A stretch of 64,000 nucleotides of DNA from Octopus sinensis. Its lineage: Eukaryota. The notes beneath the pieces are model-generated. The model was not told the origin of the DNA and did no database searches. It saw only the letters and a list, made by a program, of their open reading frames with translations. Position 1 is the stretch's first letter; the number at the start of each line of letters is the position of its first letter. Shown here one piece after another: positions 63,735 to 64,000 of the stretch. The position numbers and the translations under genes were made by a program. The stretch covers positions 11,656,001-11,720,000 of the forward strand of contig NC_043020.1 in the NCBI RefSeq assembly GCF_006345805.1, read 5' to 3'.

Positions 63735-64000
63735 CACTAGCACTATGACCTGGCAACGCCAGGTCATAGTGCTAGTGCATGCATATACAGCTGCGTGTGT
63801 GCACACATACACGCGAGTACTGTCTGACCAATCACATACAGCTAGCTGGCATTCAGTTGGGGTATCAAGTTTCGGGCATTTTGATTGGATTTTGGATAGA
63901 AAATTCATAAAAAAGTCACTTCTATTGATTTTTTAATGGCTTTGCGGGGTGACTGGGGAAATGTAAAGATGTGCACGACCACCCTTGGACGGTTTTGAAT
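63735..64000 (-). mobile_element. probable Helitron-like element 3' terminus, extending beyond the window
   Basis: Perfect 20-bp hairpin CACTAGCACTATGACCTGGC-AAC-GCCAGGTCATAGTGCTAGTG (63735-63777) including CTAG; interrupts an old SINE head. Confidence 0.5.

Noticed and set aside
56-63936. Most ORFs in the supplied track (MSSNARGTNT..., MDGSTGVWEARR..., MLFTCHRHRC..., poly-I/Y/N/L ORFs)
   Set aside because: They recur near-identically because they are chance frames through SINEs, the RTE 3'UTR or microsatellites; they have no splice-consistent structure or protein-family signal.

Overview
Eukaryotic, AT-rich, repeat-saturated genomic DNA. It is very probably octopus or another cephalopod, inferred from its tRNA-derived SINE families. 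Two protein-coding genes are supported, both on the minus strand. The first is a complete 11-exon GPKOW (G-patch + KOW spliceosomal factor) at 39507->20761, with all GT-AG sites and exon phases consistent and a 1449-nt CDS (482 aa + stop). The second is coding exon 1 of PGAP1 (GPI inositol-deacylase) at 11264->11130, whose remaining exons lie outside the window. The rest is mobile DNA and simple repeats: dozens of tRNA/CORE-type SINEs, roughly 25-30 RTE-LINE 3'UTR copies with an internal VNTR, RTE/CR1 ORF2 fragments, Helitrons, piggyBac-, hAT- and mariner-type pieces, two solo LTRs and microsatellites. Almost all ORFs in the supplied track are artefacts of these repeats. The most notable observation is a tRNA-headed SINE whose 3' part contains a Penelope-type minimal hammerhead ribozyme. 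It has an intact motif at 50800-50845 and a head-to-head pair forming a 772-bp palindrome in GPKOW intron 2. A second, unrelated hammerhead-like palindrome lies at 6822-6999. Three related GGC-terminated foldback/TIR elements cluster around the GPKOW start, and several locally templated inverted duplications occur. All coordinates were read by eye; splice sites are to the base and repeat boundaries are approximate.
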